Shown here piece after piece: positions 1 to 8,354 of a stretch of 43,937 bases of DNA. The position numbers and the translations under genes were made by a program. This stretch comes from a virus. Its lineage: Duplodnaviria > Caudoviricetes. The DNA lies in IMG/VR virus record IMGVR_UViG_3300048856_000037, positions 1 to 43,937 of that record; one strand, written 5' to 3'. The notes under the pieces are model-generated. The model made no database searches. It was not told the origin of the DNA and was given only the letters and a program-made list of their open reading frames with translations. The stretch's first letter is position 1. Each line of letters begins with the position of its first letter.

Positions 1-1
1 G

Positions 2-262
2 TCCAACCTCACCGACTACGGGGCCGACCACATCGACCGTGCCGCCGGCGGGTTCGCCCACAACCGCGACCTCGCGCGGTTCACGGCCGATCGGGGGTGG
101 CTGCTCGTCGACCCCTGGTTCCCGGTCCGTCGCCTCGACGGCACCTACGCGTCCGGTGCGGCTGACTCCGACGGCGTCCACCCGACGGTCGCGACCGGCA
201 CCACCGCCGGGGCGATCCTGTCCGCCGCCATCCGCATCGCCGCCGGTGGGGCGTCTGGCTGA
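2..262 (+). CDS. 3' end of host SGNH/GDSL hydrolase (5' truncated by window)
   Basis: Own translation of frame +2 (not in ORF track): ...RGWLLVDPWF...DSDGVHPTVATG...ASG*, ending at TGA 260-262; DGVHP is SGNH block V. Confidence 0.65.
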   Translation, partial: SNLTDYGADHIDRAAGGFAHNRDLARFTADRGWLLVDPWFPVRRLDGTYASGAADSDGVHPTVATGTTAGAILSAAIRIAAGGASG

Positions 263-267
263 CACAG

Positions 268-338
268 CGGCGTTCGGGAAGGTGTGGGCCCCGTGGGGCT
301 CGCCGGCGTTCGGGAAGGTGTGGGCCCCGTGGGGCTCG
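268..338. repeat. 35-bp tandem direct repeat, 2 copies, period 36
   Basis: CGGCGTTCGGGAAGGTGTGGGCCCCGTGGGGCTCG at 268-302 and 304-338. Confidence 0.95.
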
Positions 339-362
339 AACCCACGACCCTCGGATTAAAAG
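321..362 (-). other. Prophage attachment core = 3' half of tRNA-Lys(TTT)
   Basis: Reverse complement CTTTTAA TCCGA GGGTC GTGGG TTCGAGC CCCAC GGGGCCC A gives anticodon loop (TTT), T-arm and acceptor 3' strand; 5' half absent; directly beside the integrase. Confidence 0.85.
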
Positions 363-436
363 AGCGTCGCTGGCGATCGGCGGGGGTGTGAGCGGATCGG
401 AGTCGATCGCCGTGCATCCCAGCAGTGGCGGGCCTG

Positions 437-1564
437 TCAGCTGATCCGGCGGGGTCGGAACTGGATCACATTGGAGTCGATCGGAGCGACGTCATGCCCC
501 ACGTCTGCCCCACGCGGCTCCGGTCGGCTGAGCGCGCCGAGAACGGACGCGGACGGCGTCTCGGCGAGGTGCGCGTACCGGCGGGTGGTGAGCGGTGAGA
601 CGTGGCCGAGGAGCTTCCCGACCTCCTCGAGCGGGACGCCCTGCTGGATCAGCCACGACGCGTACGTGTGGCGGGCGTCGTGCAGGTGCACGTCGTCGAG
701 GCCGGCGCGCTTCACTGCGGGGATCCAGACTCGGCGCCTGTAGTTGTGGTGGTCGAGTGGGGTGCCGTCTCCGCTGAGGAAGATGAACCCGCCGCGTCGG
801 GCGATGGTGAGGGGCTCGAGGTAGTCGAGTGTCCAATCGGGCACGGGGACGGTGCGGCGACGGCGGCCCTTCGGGTAGTCCTTCGGCTGCTTCAGCTTGT
901 CGTCCCACGTCTCAGCGACGCGGAACACTCCGCCGTCCTGGTCGAGGCGCTGCACGGTCGCGCCGGCGGCCTCGCCCCATCGGAGGCCGGTGCCGAACAG
1001 CATGGCGGCCATCGCGCGGGAGACGCCCTCGGGGATCTCGTCGAGCAGCCGGAACGCTTCGTCCTTCGTGAGGTACCGCTCGCGGGTGTTGTCCGCGTTC
1101 GCGAGACGGAGCCGGGCGGCGGGGTTCGCGGTGATGATCTCGGCGTCGACGGCGGCGACCAGGGACGCGGACAGCAGCGCGACGCAGCGCTGCACGGTGG
1201 CCGGCGCCATCCCGGTCGTGAGCAAGTCGGCCGCCCACGCCTTCACGTCGTGCCGGGTGATGTCGACCAGGGGGACGTCGCCCCACTTGCCGTCGAGGTG
1301 CTTCGACCGCCGCGATTCGTCTCGGAGCAGGGTCGATGGTTCGACGGGACGTGATGGCCACCACTCGGTGACCCAGTCGCCCCAGGTGCGGAGGCCGGCG
1401 CGCGGGTCGCGCCATCCGAGTTGTGCGGCGTTCTCCTCGGCGGCGGCCGCGGCGTTCATCGCGGCGCGCTTGTGGTCGAACGTCCCAGCGGACCGCTTCG
1501 ACCCGTCGGCGAGGCGGTAGGCGCCGCGCCAGCGTCCGGAGGGGAGCTGTTCGGTCCAGGCCAT
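437..1564 (-). CDS. int: Tyrosine integrase
   Basis: Start MAWTEQL (ATG overlaps upstream TGA); motifs TGLRWGE, HDARH, LGH, catalytic Y in TTRRYAH. Confidence 0.95.
   Translation of the reverse strand: MAWTEQLPSGRWRGAYRLADGSKRSAGTFDHKRAAMNAAAAAEENAAQLGWRDPRAGLRTWGDWVTEWWPSRPVEPSTLLRDESRRSKHLDGKWGDVPLVDITRHDVKAWAADLLTTGMAPATVQRCVALLSASLVAAVDAEIITANPAARLRLANADNTRERYLTKDEAFRLLDEIPEGVSRAMAAMLFGTGLRWGEAAGATVQRLDQDGGVFRVAETWDDKLKQPKDYPKGRRRRTVPVPDWTLDYLEPLTIARRGGFIFLSGDGTPLDHHNYRRRVWIPAVKRAGLDDVHLHDARHTYASWLIQQGVPLEEVGKLLGHVSPLTTRRYAHLAETPSASVLGALSRPEPRGADVGHDVAPIDSNVIQFRPRRIS
495..514. repeat. Putative integrase arm-type binding sites
   Basis: TGCCCCACG at 495-503 and 506-514 (11-bp period), ~130 bp from the core; GGAGTCGATCG also repeats at 399-409 and 473-483. 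Confidence 0.45.
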
Positions 1565-1965
1565 CAGCCTGCCTCTCTCAGTCGGTGCCGTCGCAGGTGC
1601 GCGATGCGGGCTTCGAGGATGTCGGCGGTGACGCCGAGCTCGATCGCCCAGCGGCCGGGGTCCTGTGACCACTTCATGAGGTCGATCAGGTGGTCCTCGT
1701 CGATGAGCCGGAGCGACGCCGTGGTGTCGGCGTTGCGTTCCATGCGGAGGTCGAGGAGGGCGACGCCGGTCTGGCATTCGCGGCGTTCGGCGTGCACGAC
1801 CTCGTGGGCGAGGACGGACCGCTCGAGGGCGGCGCGCATGCGGGGGCGGATGAGGATGGTGTGCAGATCGGGGATGTAGCGACCGAGGTCCGCTCGCAGC
1901 GGGTACTCGACGATCGGAACCCCCAGGTCCGCCGCGTGTGACCGCGGGTCGTACAGATCCGTCAT
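1564..1965 (-). CDS. ImmA/IrrE-family metallopeptidase (putative anti-repressor)
   Basis: HExxH (LAHEVVH) plus downstream E-x-x-A-D (ERNAD); lies between repressor and integrase. Confidence 0.85.
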   Translation of the reverse strand: MTDLYDPRSHAADLGVPIVEYPLRADLGRYIPDLHTILIRPRMRAALERSVLAHEVVHAERRECQTGVALLDLRMERNADTTASLRLIDEDHLIDLMKWSQDPGRWAIELGVTADILEARIAHLRRHRLREAG

Positions 1966-2600
1966 GGGGTGTGCTGGTCCTCCTCCACCTCGCGCGCGTC
2001 GGACTTCGCCGCGTGCTGCAGGTCCTCCATGCGAAGGCCGTTGTGCGCTAGCTCGTTGCGGAACTCGCGGTACGCGGTCTCGACGTCGGGGTACTCGACG
2101 TCGTTCTCGTCGCGCACCTTCATCTCGTCCCTGGTGAGAGTGACGAACAGGCGAACCTCTTCTGGAAGGCCAGCGAGCTCGGCGTCGGAGTCCTGCTCGC
2201 TGTCCGTCCGCTCATCTTCGGCAGCGCCTCCGACATTCGCCCACGCGGGATGGTCGACGGTGAGCGGTGTCTCGGAGACGTCAGTGGTCTGGCCGGCCTC
2301 GATGCGGCGCACCAGTTCCTCGGCGATCTCGAGCTCGGAGAACGCGGCGAGGCTCATGCCGGGCGTGAGCTGCACTTCGCTCTCGACCTCGGCTCGGGTG
2401 AGGTAGTCGGCGGCGACGAGGGCGAGGACGGGGCTGCGGTCGAACGCGCGTGCGACGGCGATGACCTGGGTCGCGCTCGGGCGGGATGCGCCGGCGAGCC
2501 ACCGGCTGACGGTGCCGGAGTGCACGCCGGTTGCGCGTGCGATCTCCGACTGGTTCGTCGAGATCTCGCGGAGGTAGGACTGCCAGTCAGTGTCGTTCAC
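1962..2600 (-). CDS. Immunity repressor, N-terminal XRE HTH
   Basis: NQSEIARATGVHSGTVSRWLAG HTH; divergent from cro-like gene; no S24 peptidase motif visible. Confidence 0.85.
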   Translation of the reverse strand: MNDTDWQSYLREISTNQSEIARATGVHSGTVSRWLAGASRPSATQVIAVARAFDRSPVLALVAADYLTRAEVESEVQLTPGMSLAAFSELEIAEELVRRIEAGQTTDVSETPLTVDHPAWANVGGAAEDERTDSEQDSDAELAGLPEEVRLFVTLTRDEMKVRDENDVEYPDVETAYREFRNELAHNGLRMEDLQHAAKSDAREVEEDQHTP

Positions 2601-2607
2601 GGCTCAG

Positions 2608-2636
2608 AGGCTAGTGCAGGAGTTGCACGCATGCAA
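2608..2636 (-). promoter_or_regulatory. Repressor promoter (leaderless)
   Basis: TTGCAT-N17-TAGCCT, then 7 nt to GTG start at 2600. Confidence 0.7.
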
Positions 2637-2751
2637 CGACTTCTCACGCAAACAACCCCGCCAAATCAGGTAACGAACGCGACACGCCGCGCAAACATGC
2701 ACGCATAACCCATGCACGCGTGCAGAACCGTGCCTACTATGTCCGCATGCA
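2622..2751. promoter_or_regulatory. Operator array, consensus TGCACGCATGCA
   Basis: GTTGCACGCATGCAAC 2622-2637; TGCACGCATAAC 2698-2709; TGCACGCGTGCA 2713-2724; TGTCCGCATGCA 2740-2751; copies overlap both divergent promoters. Confidence 0.7.
2712..2740 (+). promoter_or_regulatory. Early lytic promoter (leaderless cro)
   Basis: ATGCAC-N17-TACTAT, then 6 nt to ATG 2747. Confidence 0.6.
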
Positions 2752-3046
2752 GCCACTCCGCACTGACGCAAAGGTTCCGCAGATGCGCCTGAACGTCCAG
2801 AAGATGAACGAGCTCCGGAAAGCCCACGAGCTCGAGTCCAACGTCGACCTGGCCCGCCTGCTCGGCGTCGACACCGCCACGCTCCACCGGGTGATGAAGG
2901 GCAGCGTCGCCCCGTCGAGCAGCTTCATCGCTCGGGTGAAGCTCGCGTTCCCGTCCGTGTCGATCGACTCGCTGTTCTACGTCGATCGGCTCGGGGCGAC
3001 CGCGGGCCTCGTGCCGGTCGAGCAGCCGCGGGCGGCGGTGGCCTGA
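2747..3046 (+). CDS. Cro-like HTH regulator
   Basis: SNVDLARLLGVDTATLHRV HTH; first divergent gene; start chosen from the promoter position. Confidence 0.8.
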   Translation: MQPLRTDAKVPQMRLNVQKMNELRKAHELESNVDLARLLGVDTATLHRVMKGSVAPSSSFIARVKLAFPSVSIDSLFYVDRLGATAGLVPVEQPRAAVA

Positions 3047-3258
3047 TGGCTTGGCTCACCGTCGCCGAGGCCGCTGCGGAGGCCAAGCGGCACCCGCGGA
3101 CGATCTCCGACGCGTGCCGAGCGACGACCCTCCACGGCGTGCAGCGGTCCGTGAACGCGTCCTGGCGGATCGAGGACGTGTGCCTCGACGCCTGGGTGCG
3201 GGGCACGTCCTGCCCGCACCAGCAGACGAACGTCATCCCGTTCCGTCAGTCCGCCTGA
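3046..3258 (+). CDS. Excisionase-like HTH protein
   Basis: WLTVAEAA...HPRTI...WRI pattern of MerR-like/HTH_17 Xis proteins; coupled to cro. Confidence 0.7.
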   Translation: MAWLTVAEAAAEAKRHPRTISDACRATTLHGVQRSVNASWRIEDVCLDAWVRGTSCPHQQTNVIPFRQSA

Positions 3259-3276
3259 CTTCCCCCTGATCTTCTG

Positions 3277-3299
3277 CCGCCGGCTTCCGACACCGGCGG
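3277..3299 (+). terminator. Hairpin after xis (possible terminator or pause)
   Basis: CCGCCGG-N9-CCGGCGG; no U-tail. Confidence 0.3.
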
Positions 3300-3331
3300 G
3301 ATCGAACTCTCACTTCGAAGGGCAACGACCC

Positions 3332-3736
3332 ATGTTCCGTACTACCTCCATGCCTGCTGCCGTTCTGCGGCGGGCCGACCAGGTCACCACCGACGACGTC
3401 GTGCTCGACGCGCACGGGCAGCCGTGGAACGTCCACTCGATCTACTACGGCGAGGCGAGCGTGCAGCTGACGCTCCGCAGCCTGACGAACGAGGCCGGGA
3501 TGATCCACGGCCTGACGTACGACACGTGGGTGCGGCTCGCCGTCCGGGAGACGCCGGCGCAGTACCGGCGCCGGGTCGCGTGGCGCGGTGTGCCGTGGCT
3601 GCTGGCGTCGGCCCTGGTGGCGCTGTGGTCGCACGTGGTCGACGCGCCAACGTTCGGCGGTCAGCTCCCGGCGATCGTGTGCCTGGTCGCGGTCGCGGCG
3701 ATCCGGATGGCGACGACGCCGGAGCTGGACCGGTGA
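3332..3736 (+). CDS. Hypothetical membrane protein
   Basis: Two C-terminal hydrophobic segments; stop overlaps next start. Confidence 0.6.
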   Translation: MFRTTSMPAAVLRRADQVTTDDVVLDAHGQPWNVHSIYYGEASVQLTLRSLTNEAGMIHGLTYDTWVRLAVRETPAQYRRRVAWRGVPWLLASALVALWSHVVDAPTFGGQLPAIVCLVAVAAIRMATTPELDR

Positions 3737-4026
3737 GCGCGGTGGAGCCGAAGCAGAACGACGAGCAGCAGGTCCTCGCCGCGCTCGAGTTCGAGCCGCG
3801 CAGCCTCTGCTCCTGGACGAACCAGAACACCGGCGAGCAGTGCACGGTGCACGCGGAGCTCGAAGCGGTCTGCACTGGTGAGGGCTGCGGAGTGCGCTCG
3901 CCGGTCTGCGGCGGGCACCGGGACGTGATCCTCCACGGGCCGATCGAATTCGTGGGGCGCTGCAAGCGGTGCGGTACCCGGGGGCTCTACCGCGACATCG
4001 TCGCGTTCGTCCCGGTCGCCTCGTGA
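3733..4026 (+). CDS. Hypothetical Cys-rich (Zn-binding) protein
   Basis: GTG in GTGA overlap; CTGEGC, CGGH and CKRC motifs. Confidence 0.6.
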   Translation: MSAVEPKQNDEQQVLAALEFEPRSLCSWTNQNTGEQCTVHAELEAVCTGEGCGVRSPVCGGHRDVILHGPIEFVGRCKRCGTRGLYRDIVAFVPVAS

Positions 4027-4457
4027 GGGTCGAGGAGGTGCTGCGGCTGTTCGTGCCGGGTACCCCGGTTCCGCAGGGCTCGAAGACGGCGTACGTCGTC
4101 GGCAAGCGCGCCGTCGTCGCGGACGCGAACGGCAAGGCGCTGAAGCCCTGGCGGAAGACGGTGACGGCCGCGGCGGTCACGGCCCTCGCTGGGCGGCCGG
4201 CGCTGCGTGATGAGCCGATCGCGGTGGTGCTGCAGTTCCGGTTCGTCCGGCCGAAGTCCGTGCGGCGTGAGCACCCGCACGTGAAGCCGGACATCGACAA
4301 GCTCGCCCGCGCCGTCCTCGACGGGCTAACGGACGCGGGTGTGTGGGGGGACGACTCGCAGGTCATCGACCTGCACCCCACGAAGGCCTACGCGGCGGAG
4401 GCAGGAGTCCTCGTCCGCGTCGGCAGGTACATCAACGAGAAGGGAACGACGCGATGA
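4023..4457 (+). CDS. rusA: RusA-family Holliday junction resolvase
   Basis: PGTPVPQGS, KPDIDKLARAVLDGL, WGDDSQV. Confidence 0.9.
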   Translation: MRVEEVLRLFVPGTPVPQGSKTAYVVGKRAVVADANGKALKPWRKTVTAAAVTALAGRPALRDEPIAVVLQFRFVRPKSVRREHPHVKPDIDKLARAVLDGLTDAGVWGDDSQVIDLHPTKAYAAEAGVLVRVGRYINEKGTTR

Positions 4458-4798
4458 GCGTGCAGATCATGAAGCGGAAGCTCGAGGAGACTCGGGACGG
4501 CCTGCAGGAGACCGACGTCGACGAGGTGCTGGCGCACGCGCAGCTCGGGCACAAGGTGACGGCGATCGTCACGTACGAGGTCATCGAGCACCGCGACAAC
4601 GCGGACGGTTCTTCGACGCTGGTGAAGGCCGTGCACATCGAGCCTATGGCCGGTGATGGTGTGGCGGCGGCGCAGGCGCTGCAGCAGTCGGCGTACCAGG
4701 TGCGCACGGGGAACGAGACGCTCGGCATCTTCGACGAGGCGGCCGACGCGGAGCCGATGGACGCCGCGCTGTCGACGCCGTTCGAGGGTGACGAGTGA
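4454..4798 (+). CDS. Hypothetical protein
   Basis: ATGA-coupled ORF MSVQIMKRK... Confidence 0.6.
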   Translation: MSVQIMKRKLEETRDGLQETDVDEVLAHAQLGHKVTAIVTYEVIEHRDNADGSSTLVKAVHIEPMAGDGVAAAQALQQSAYQVRTGNETLGIFDEAADAEPMDAALSTPFEGDE

Positions 4799-5964
4799 GC
4801 GCCGTGCGGGCGTCGCTGCCGGCGGAGCTCGAAGCGCGCGCCGGGGCGTCGGACAAGGACCGCCCGGTCTGGCTCAACGAGCGGGCGCACGGCGTCACCG
4901 CGACCGAGGTCCGTGACCTGTACATGAAGGCGCACGGCGGGCACGGGATCACGGTCGATGACCTGATCAAGGCGAAGCTGCCGTTCCTGCTCGCGGCGAC
5001 GGCCGAGGAGATCGAGGCCGCGGCGGCTGGTGGGTTCGGCGGGAACCGGTACACGGCGTGGGGCAACGCCCGTGAGCCGATCATCGCGGAGCAGCTGCAG
5101 GAGCAGTTCGGGATGCTGCCGGAGTCGCGTGTGTTCCGCTCGGCGGAGAACCGTCGGCACCTGGCGTCGCCGGACGGGATCCGGGTCGTCACGAGCGAAG
5201 ACGGAGATCGCCTCGAGGTCGCGGAGATCAAGACCTCGGGTGCGGACATCGCACCGGGCACGGACGCGTACCGGAAGAAGGGCTACGCGATCCAGCAGCA
5301 GTGGGTCATGGGTGTCCTCGGCGCGGACCGGTCCCTGTACGCGTGGGAGCAGCACGACGGCGACTGGCTCGCCCGTGGCGGGCAGCACGAGGAGCCGGAG
5401 CCGCTGGACCTGTTCGTCCCGACGCAGTGGATCCCGTTCGACGCGGATCTGTTCGCCGAGCTCGTGATCCTCGCGGACCACTTCCTCGACCGGCTCGACG
5501 AGGCCCTGGCGGCGGCGCGTGCTGGTGAGGTCCCGGTGATCGACGAGGAGCTGGACACCCTCGCTCTGAACTACCTGCGCGGTCTCGACTTCGAGAAGCA
5601 GGGCAAGGCGCTGAAGGAGCCGGCGTACCGGGCGATGTTCGAGCGCGTCGAGTCCGACGAGTCGTTCGTGCAGGAGTCGCCGCTCGCTCGGGTGTCGTTC
5701 TCGCCGGAGGTCGTCGAGGAGAAGCCGGTGTTCGAGCTCGACCTGGTGGCCGCGAAGGCGGCGGCGCCGGCGGGGCTGTACGAGCGGCTGGAGCAGGCGC
5801 AGCACGACGTCGAGCAGGCGCAGGAGGCGGTGGCGCGGGAGCAGCTGGCGGTGGACGCGCACGAGGCGGAGTTCGTCGTGAAGGCGCGTGTGGAGCGTGT
5901 CGTGATCAAGAAGGCAGCGCTGCGGGTGACCGCGGCGAAGACGACCAAGGAGACGAAGAAGTGA
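4795..5964 (+). CDS. YqaJ/RecE-like exonuclease
   Basis: WLNERAHGVTATE, WGNARE, ASPDG, EIKT, Y..QQQW motifs; directly upstream of an annealase. Confidence 0.85.
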   Translation: MSAVRASLPAELEARAGASDKDRPVWLNERAHGVTATEVRDLYMKAHGGHGITVDDLIKAKLPFLLAATAEEIEAAAAGGFGGNRYTAWGNAREPIIAEQLQEQFGMLPESRVFRSAENRRHLASPDGIRVVTSEDGDRLEVAEIKTSGADIAPGTDAYRKKGYAIQQQWVMGVLGADRSLYAWEQHDGDWLARGGQHEEPEPLDLFVPTQWIPFDADLFAELVILADHFLDRLDEALAAARAGEVPVIDEELDTLALNYLRGLDFEKQGKALKEPAYRAMFERVESDESFVQESPLARVSFSPEVVEEKPVFELDLVAAKAAAPAGLYERLEQAQHDVEQAQEAVAREQLAVDAHEAEFVVKARVERVVIKKAALRVTAAKTTKETKK

Positions 5965-6917
5965 CGAACGCAGTTGTGGCGCTCCCGCAGTCGGGAGATC
6001 CCTCGCAGTGGACGGCGGCCGAGTCGGCGCTCGTCGAGGCGGCCGGGCTCGTGACCGGGCCTGCGGCGAACCGGCGGCTCGCGCCCCGGCCGGTGGTGGA
6101 AGCGTTCCTGCTCCACGCTCGCCGGACCGGGCTGGACCCGATCGCTCGGCAGATCTACTGCATCGAGCGGGGCGGCAAGTGGGGCACGCAGGTGTCGATC
6201 GACGGCGCGCGCATCGTCGCCGAGCGGACCGGGCAGTACCGCGGGCAGACGCCGACGCAGTGGACCGCTGACGGTGTGACGTGGGTGGACGTGTGGCTCG
6301 CCAGCGACGCCCCGAAGGCTGCCCGGGTGGGTGTGCACCGTGAGGGCTTCGTGGAGCCGCTGTACGCGGTGGCGACGTTCGACGCGTACAGCACCGGTCA
6401 GCAGATGTGGCGGAAGATGCCGGCGCTGATGCTCGGCAAGTGCGCGGAGATGCTGGCGCTCCGGAAGGCGTTCCCGCAGGACCTGTCGGGGCTGTACTCG
6501 ACGGAGGAGATGGACCAGGCGGACAACCGTCAGCGTCCGCAGCAGCAGCCCGCTGAGCCGGAGCAGCAGCCGGCGCTCGTGCAGGAGCCGGAGCAGCCGC
6601 AGAACGACTGGTTCGCGGAGGCTGCGAAGGTCACGGACCGGGACTCGGCGAACGCCCTGTACCGGCGGATCCCGAAGCACGAGCGTGAGGGCATCAAGGA
6701 GGCGATCGCCGCGCGGCTGACGGCGCTGGCCGAGGCGGCGAACCCGCCGGCGCCGGAGCCGGATCCGCAGTGGGCGGAGCAGCAGGAGCAGCCGGTCACG
6801 GACTGGGCGACGGCTGAGGTGCCGCAGGCGGCCGACGCGGTGGAGACCGTCGATGGCGTGCTCGAGGGCACCGAGGTCGACGGCCCGGCGCCGAGCAGCA
6901 GCGGGTACGACCGATGA
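5961..6917 (+). CDS. Bet/RecT-like single-strand annealing protein
   Basis: GLDPIARQIY, SIDGAR, W.KMP..ML.KCAE..ALRKAFP, GLYSTEEM. Confidence 0.9.
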   Translation: MTNAVVALPQSGDPSQWTAAESALVEAAGLVTGPAANRRLAPRPVVEAFLLHARRTGLDPIARQIYCIERGGKWGTQVSIDGARIVAERTGQYRGQTPTQWTADGVTWVDVWLASDAPKAARVGVHREGFVEPLYAVATFDAYSTGQQMWRKMPALMLGKCAEMLALRKAFPQDLSGLYSTEEMDQADNRQRPQQQPAEPEQQPALVQEPEQPQNDWFAEAAKVTDRDSANALYRRIPKHEREGIKEAIAARLTALAEAANPPAPEPDPQWAEQQEQPVTDWATAEVPQAADAVETVDGVLEGTEVDGPAPSSSGYDR

Positions 6918-7351
6918 GCGCCCGCAGCATCGGGTACGACGACCAGCTCGCTCTGCGTGAGCTCCTCGTCGGCCGCCGGATCGTCGAAACCCGCAAGAGC
7001 ACCGCGAAGGCTGAGTCGTGGTCGGACGAGATGAACGCGGTCGAGTTCGTCCTCGATGACGGCCAGGTGCTGAAGGCGATCGCCACCGACGGCGGATGCG
7101 CGTGCTCCAACGGCTGCTGGTCGGTCGAGAACCCTGATGTCGTCGCTCCGGACCAGATAATCACGGGCGTCGAGACGGCCGAAGACCTCGACGGAGAGTG
7201 GAGCACCCACGGCGACGGCTCGGCGACACTGCGGCTGTTCGTCTACGCCGCGGGGATCAAGTCGGAGATCGTCCGCAGCGAGGGTGGCGACAACGGCTAC
7301 TACGGCTGGGGCTACGCCCTCCTCGTCGAGACCCCGGAGCAGGACCGATGA
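6914..7351 (+). CDS. Hypothetical protein
   Basis: Coupled ORF with GGCAC and DNGYYGWG motifs. Confidence 0.65.
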   Translation: MSARSIGYDDQLALRELLVGRRIVETRKSTAKAESWSDEMNAVEFVLDDGQVLKAIATDGGCACSNGCWSVENPDVVAPDQIITGVETAEDLDGEWSTHGDGSATLRLFVYAAGIKSEIVRSEGGDNGYYGWGYALLVETPEQDR

Positions 7352-7857
7352 GCGCGGTGGATGCCGGCACGGGCGAGGTCATCGACGAGCCGGGCCTCGA
7401 TCCGCGGATCCTGCGCGTGCTCGCGTCGGTCGGCATCCACCGGCCGGACCGCAAGGACCCGCTGCACGTCGCCCTCGTGAACGCGATCGCCCGCACGCTC
7501 GGCGGTTCGTACGGGGCGCAGCTCATCGCGATGCGGTTCGAGGTCGCGCAGTTCCTCCGCGAGGCGGGGGAAGCGTACGCGACGGCGAAGGCGAAGTACG
7601 AGCACCACATCGCTCGCGAGGTCGTGGCGGAGGTCGCGAAGAACAAGACGTCGAGGACGCTCGCGCAGCAGATGGCGGAGGGCTCGGACAACGGGCACCG
7701 GCTGCTGCTCGAGCTGCTCGTCGCGGAGAAGCGGGAGCAGTGGCTCCGGAAGCTCCTCGACACGTTCGCCGCGGCGGGCGACAACCACCGCACCGACCGC
7801 GCCGATCAGCGCGCGGCGGATCAGTTCCAGGCTCACGGGCACACCGGGGCTGCGTGA
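7348..7857 (+). CDS. Hypothetical helical protein
   Basis: ATGA-coupled start MSAVDAGTGEV. Confidence 0.6.
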   Translation: MSAVDAGTGEVIDEPGLDPRILRVLASVGIHRPDRKDPLHVALVNAIARTLGGSYGAQLIAMRFEVAQFLREAGEAYATAKAKYEHHIAREVVAEVAKNKTSRTLAQQMAEGSDNGHRLLLELLVAEKREQWLRKLLDTFAAAGDNHRTDRADQRAADQFQAHGHTGAA

Positions 7858-8354
7858 TGGACGAGGAGTGGCGCGACGTCCCGCAGTTCGAGGGCATGTA
7901 CGCGGTCAGCAGCCGGGGCCGCGTGCGGTCGCTGCCGCGGCATTCAGGTGCTCGGCCCAGTCCGGTCGGCGAGCGGTTGTTGAAGCTGTCGCCGGGCCCG
8001 ACCGGCTACCTCCGCGTCATCCTCCGTCGCGAGAACCGTTCGTTCACGGTGAAGGTGCACCACCTCGTGCTCATGGCGTTCGTCGGTCCTCGACCGGACG
8101 GCATGGAGGGACTGCACGGGAACGGCGACGAGCTCGACAACCGCCTCGAGAACCTCCGGTGGGGAACGAAGTCGGAGAACATGCGCGACCAGGTCAGGCA
8201 CGGCACCCACGTGCAGGCCCGAAAGACCACGTGCCCGAAGGGGCACCCCTACACGAAGCGGAACGCCGCTGGCAGCCGGATCTGCATGGACTGCCGGCGC
8301 GAGCAGTACCGCGACTACTACGCCCGCACCCGCGGGCAGCTAAGGAGCTCCTGA
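7857..8354 (+). CDS. NUMOD4-HNH endonuclease
   Basis: EEWRDVPQFEGMYAVSSRGRVRS; VHHLVLMAF; HGNGDELDNRLENLRW; CPKGH...CMDC. Confidence 0.9.
   Translation: MDEEWRDVPQFEGMYAVSSRGRVRSLPRHSGARPSPVGERLLKLSPGPTGYLRVILRRENRSFTVKVHHLVLMAFVGPRPDGMEGLHGNGDELDNRLENLRWGTKSENMRDQVRHGTHVQARKTTCPKGHPYTKRNAAGSRICMDCRREQYRDYYARTRGQLRSS

Noticed and set aside
268-338. 35-bp repeats as a CRISPR array
   Set aside because: Only two copies with a 1-nt gap, sequence is tRNA-derived, and there are no cas genes
321-400. Intact tRNA-Lys gene
   Set aside because: Sequence 5' of the anticodon loop cannot form the anticodon stem, D-arm or acceptor stem
1565-1777. 446-aa integrase start given by the ORF track
   Set aside because: Extension overlaps the ImmA gene out of frame; ATG at 1564 is coupled to the ImmA stop
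2601-2746. LexA (CGAAC-N4-GTTCG) box in the immunity region
   Set aside because: No match seen; the palindromes are of a different TGCA-N4-TGCA type
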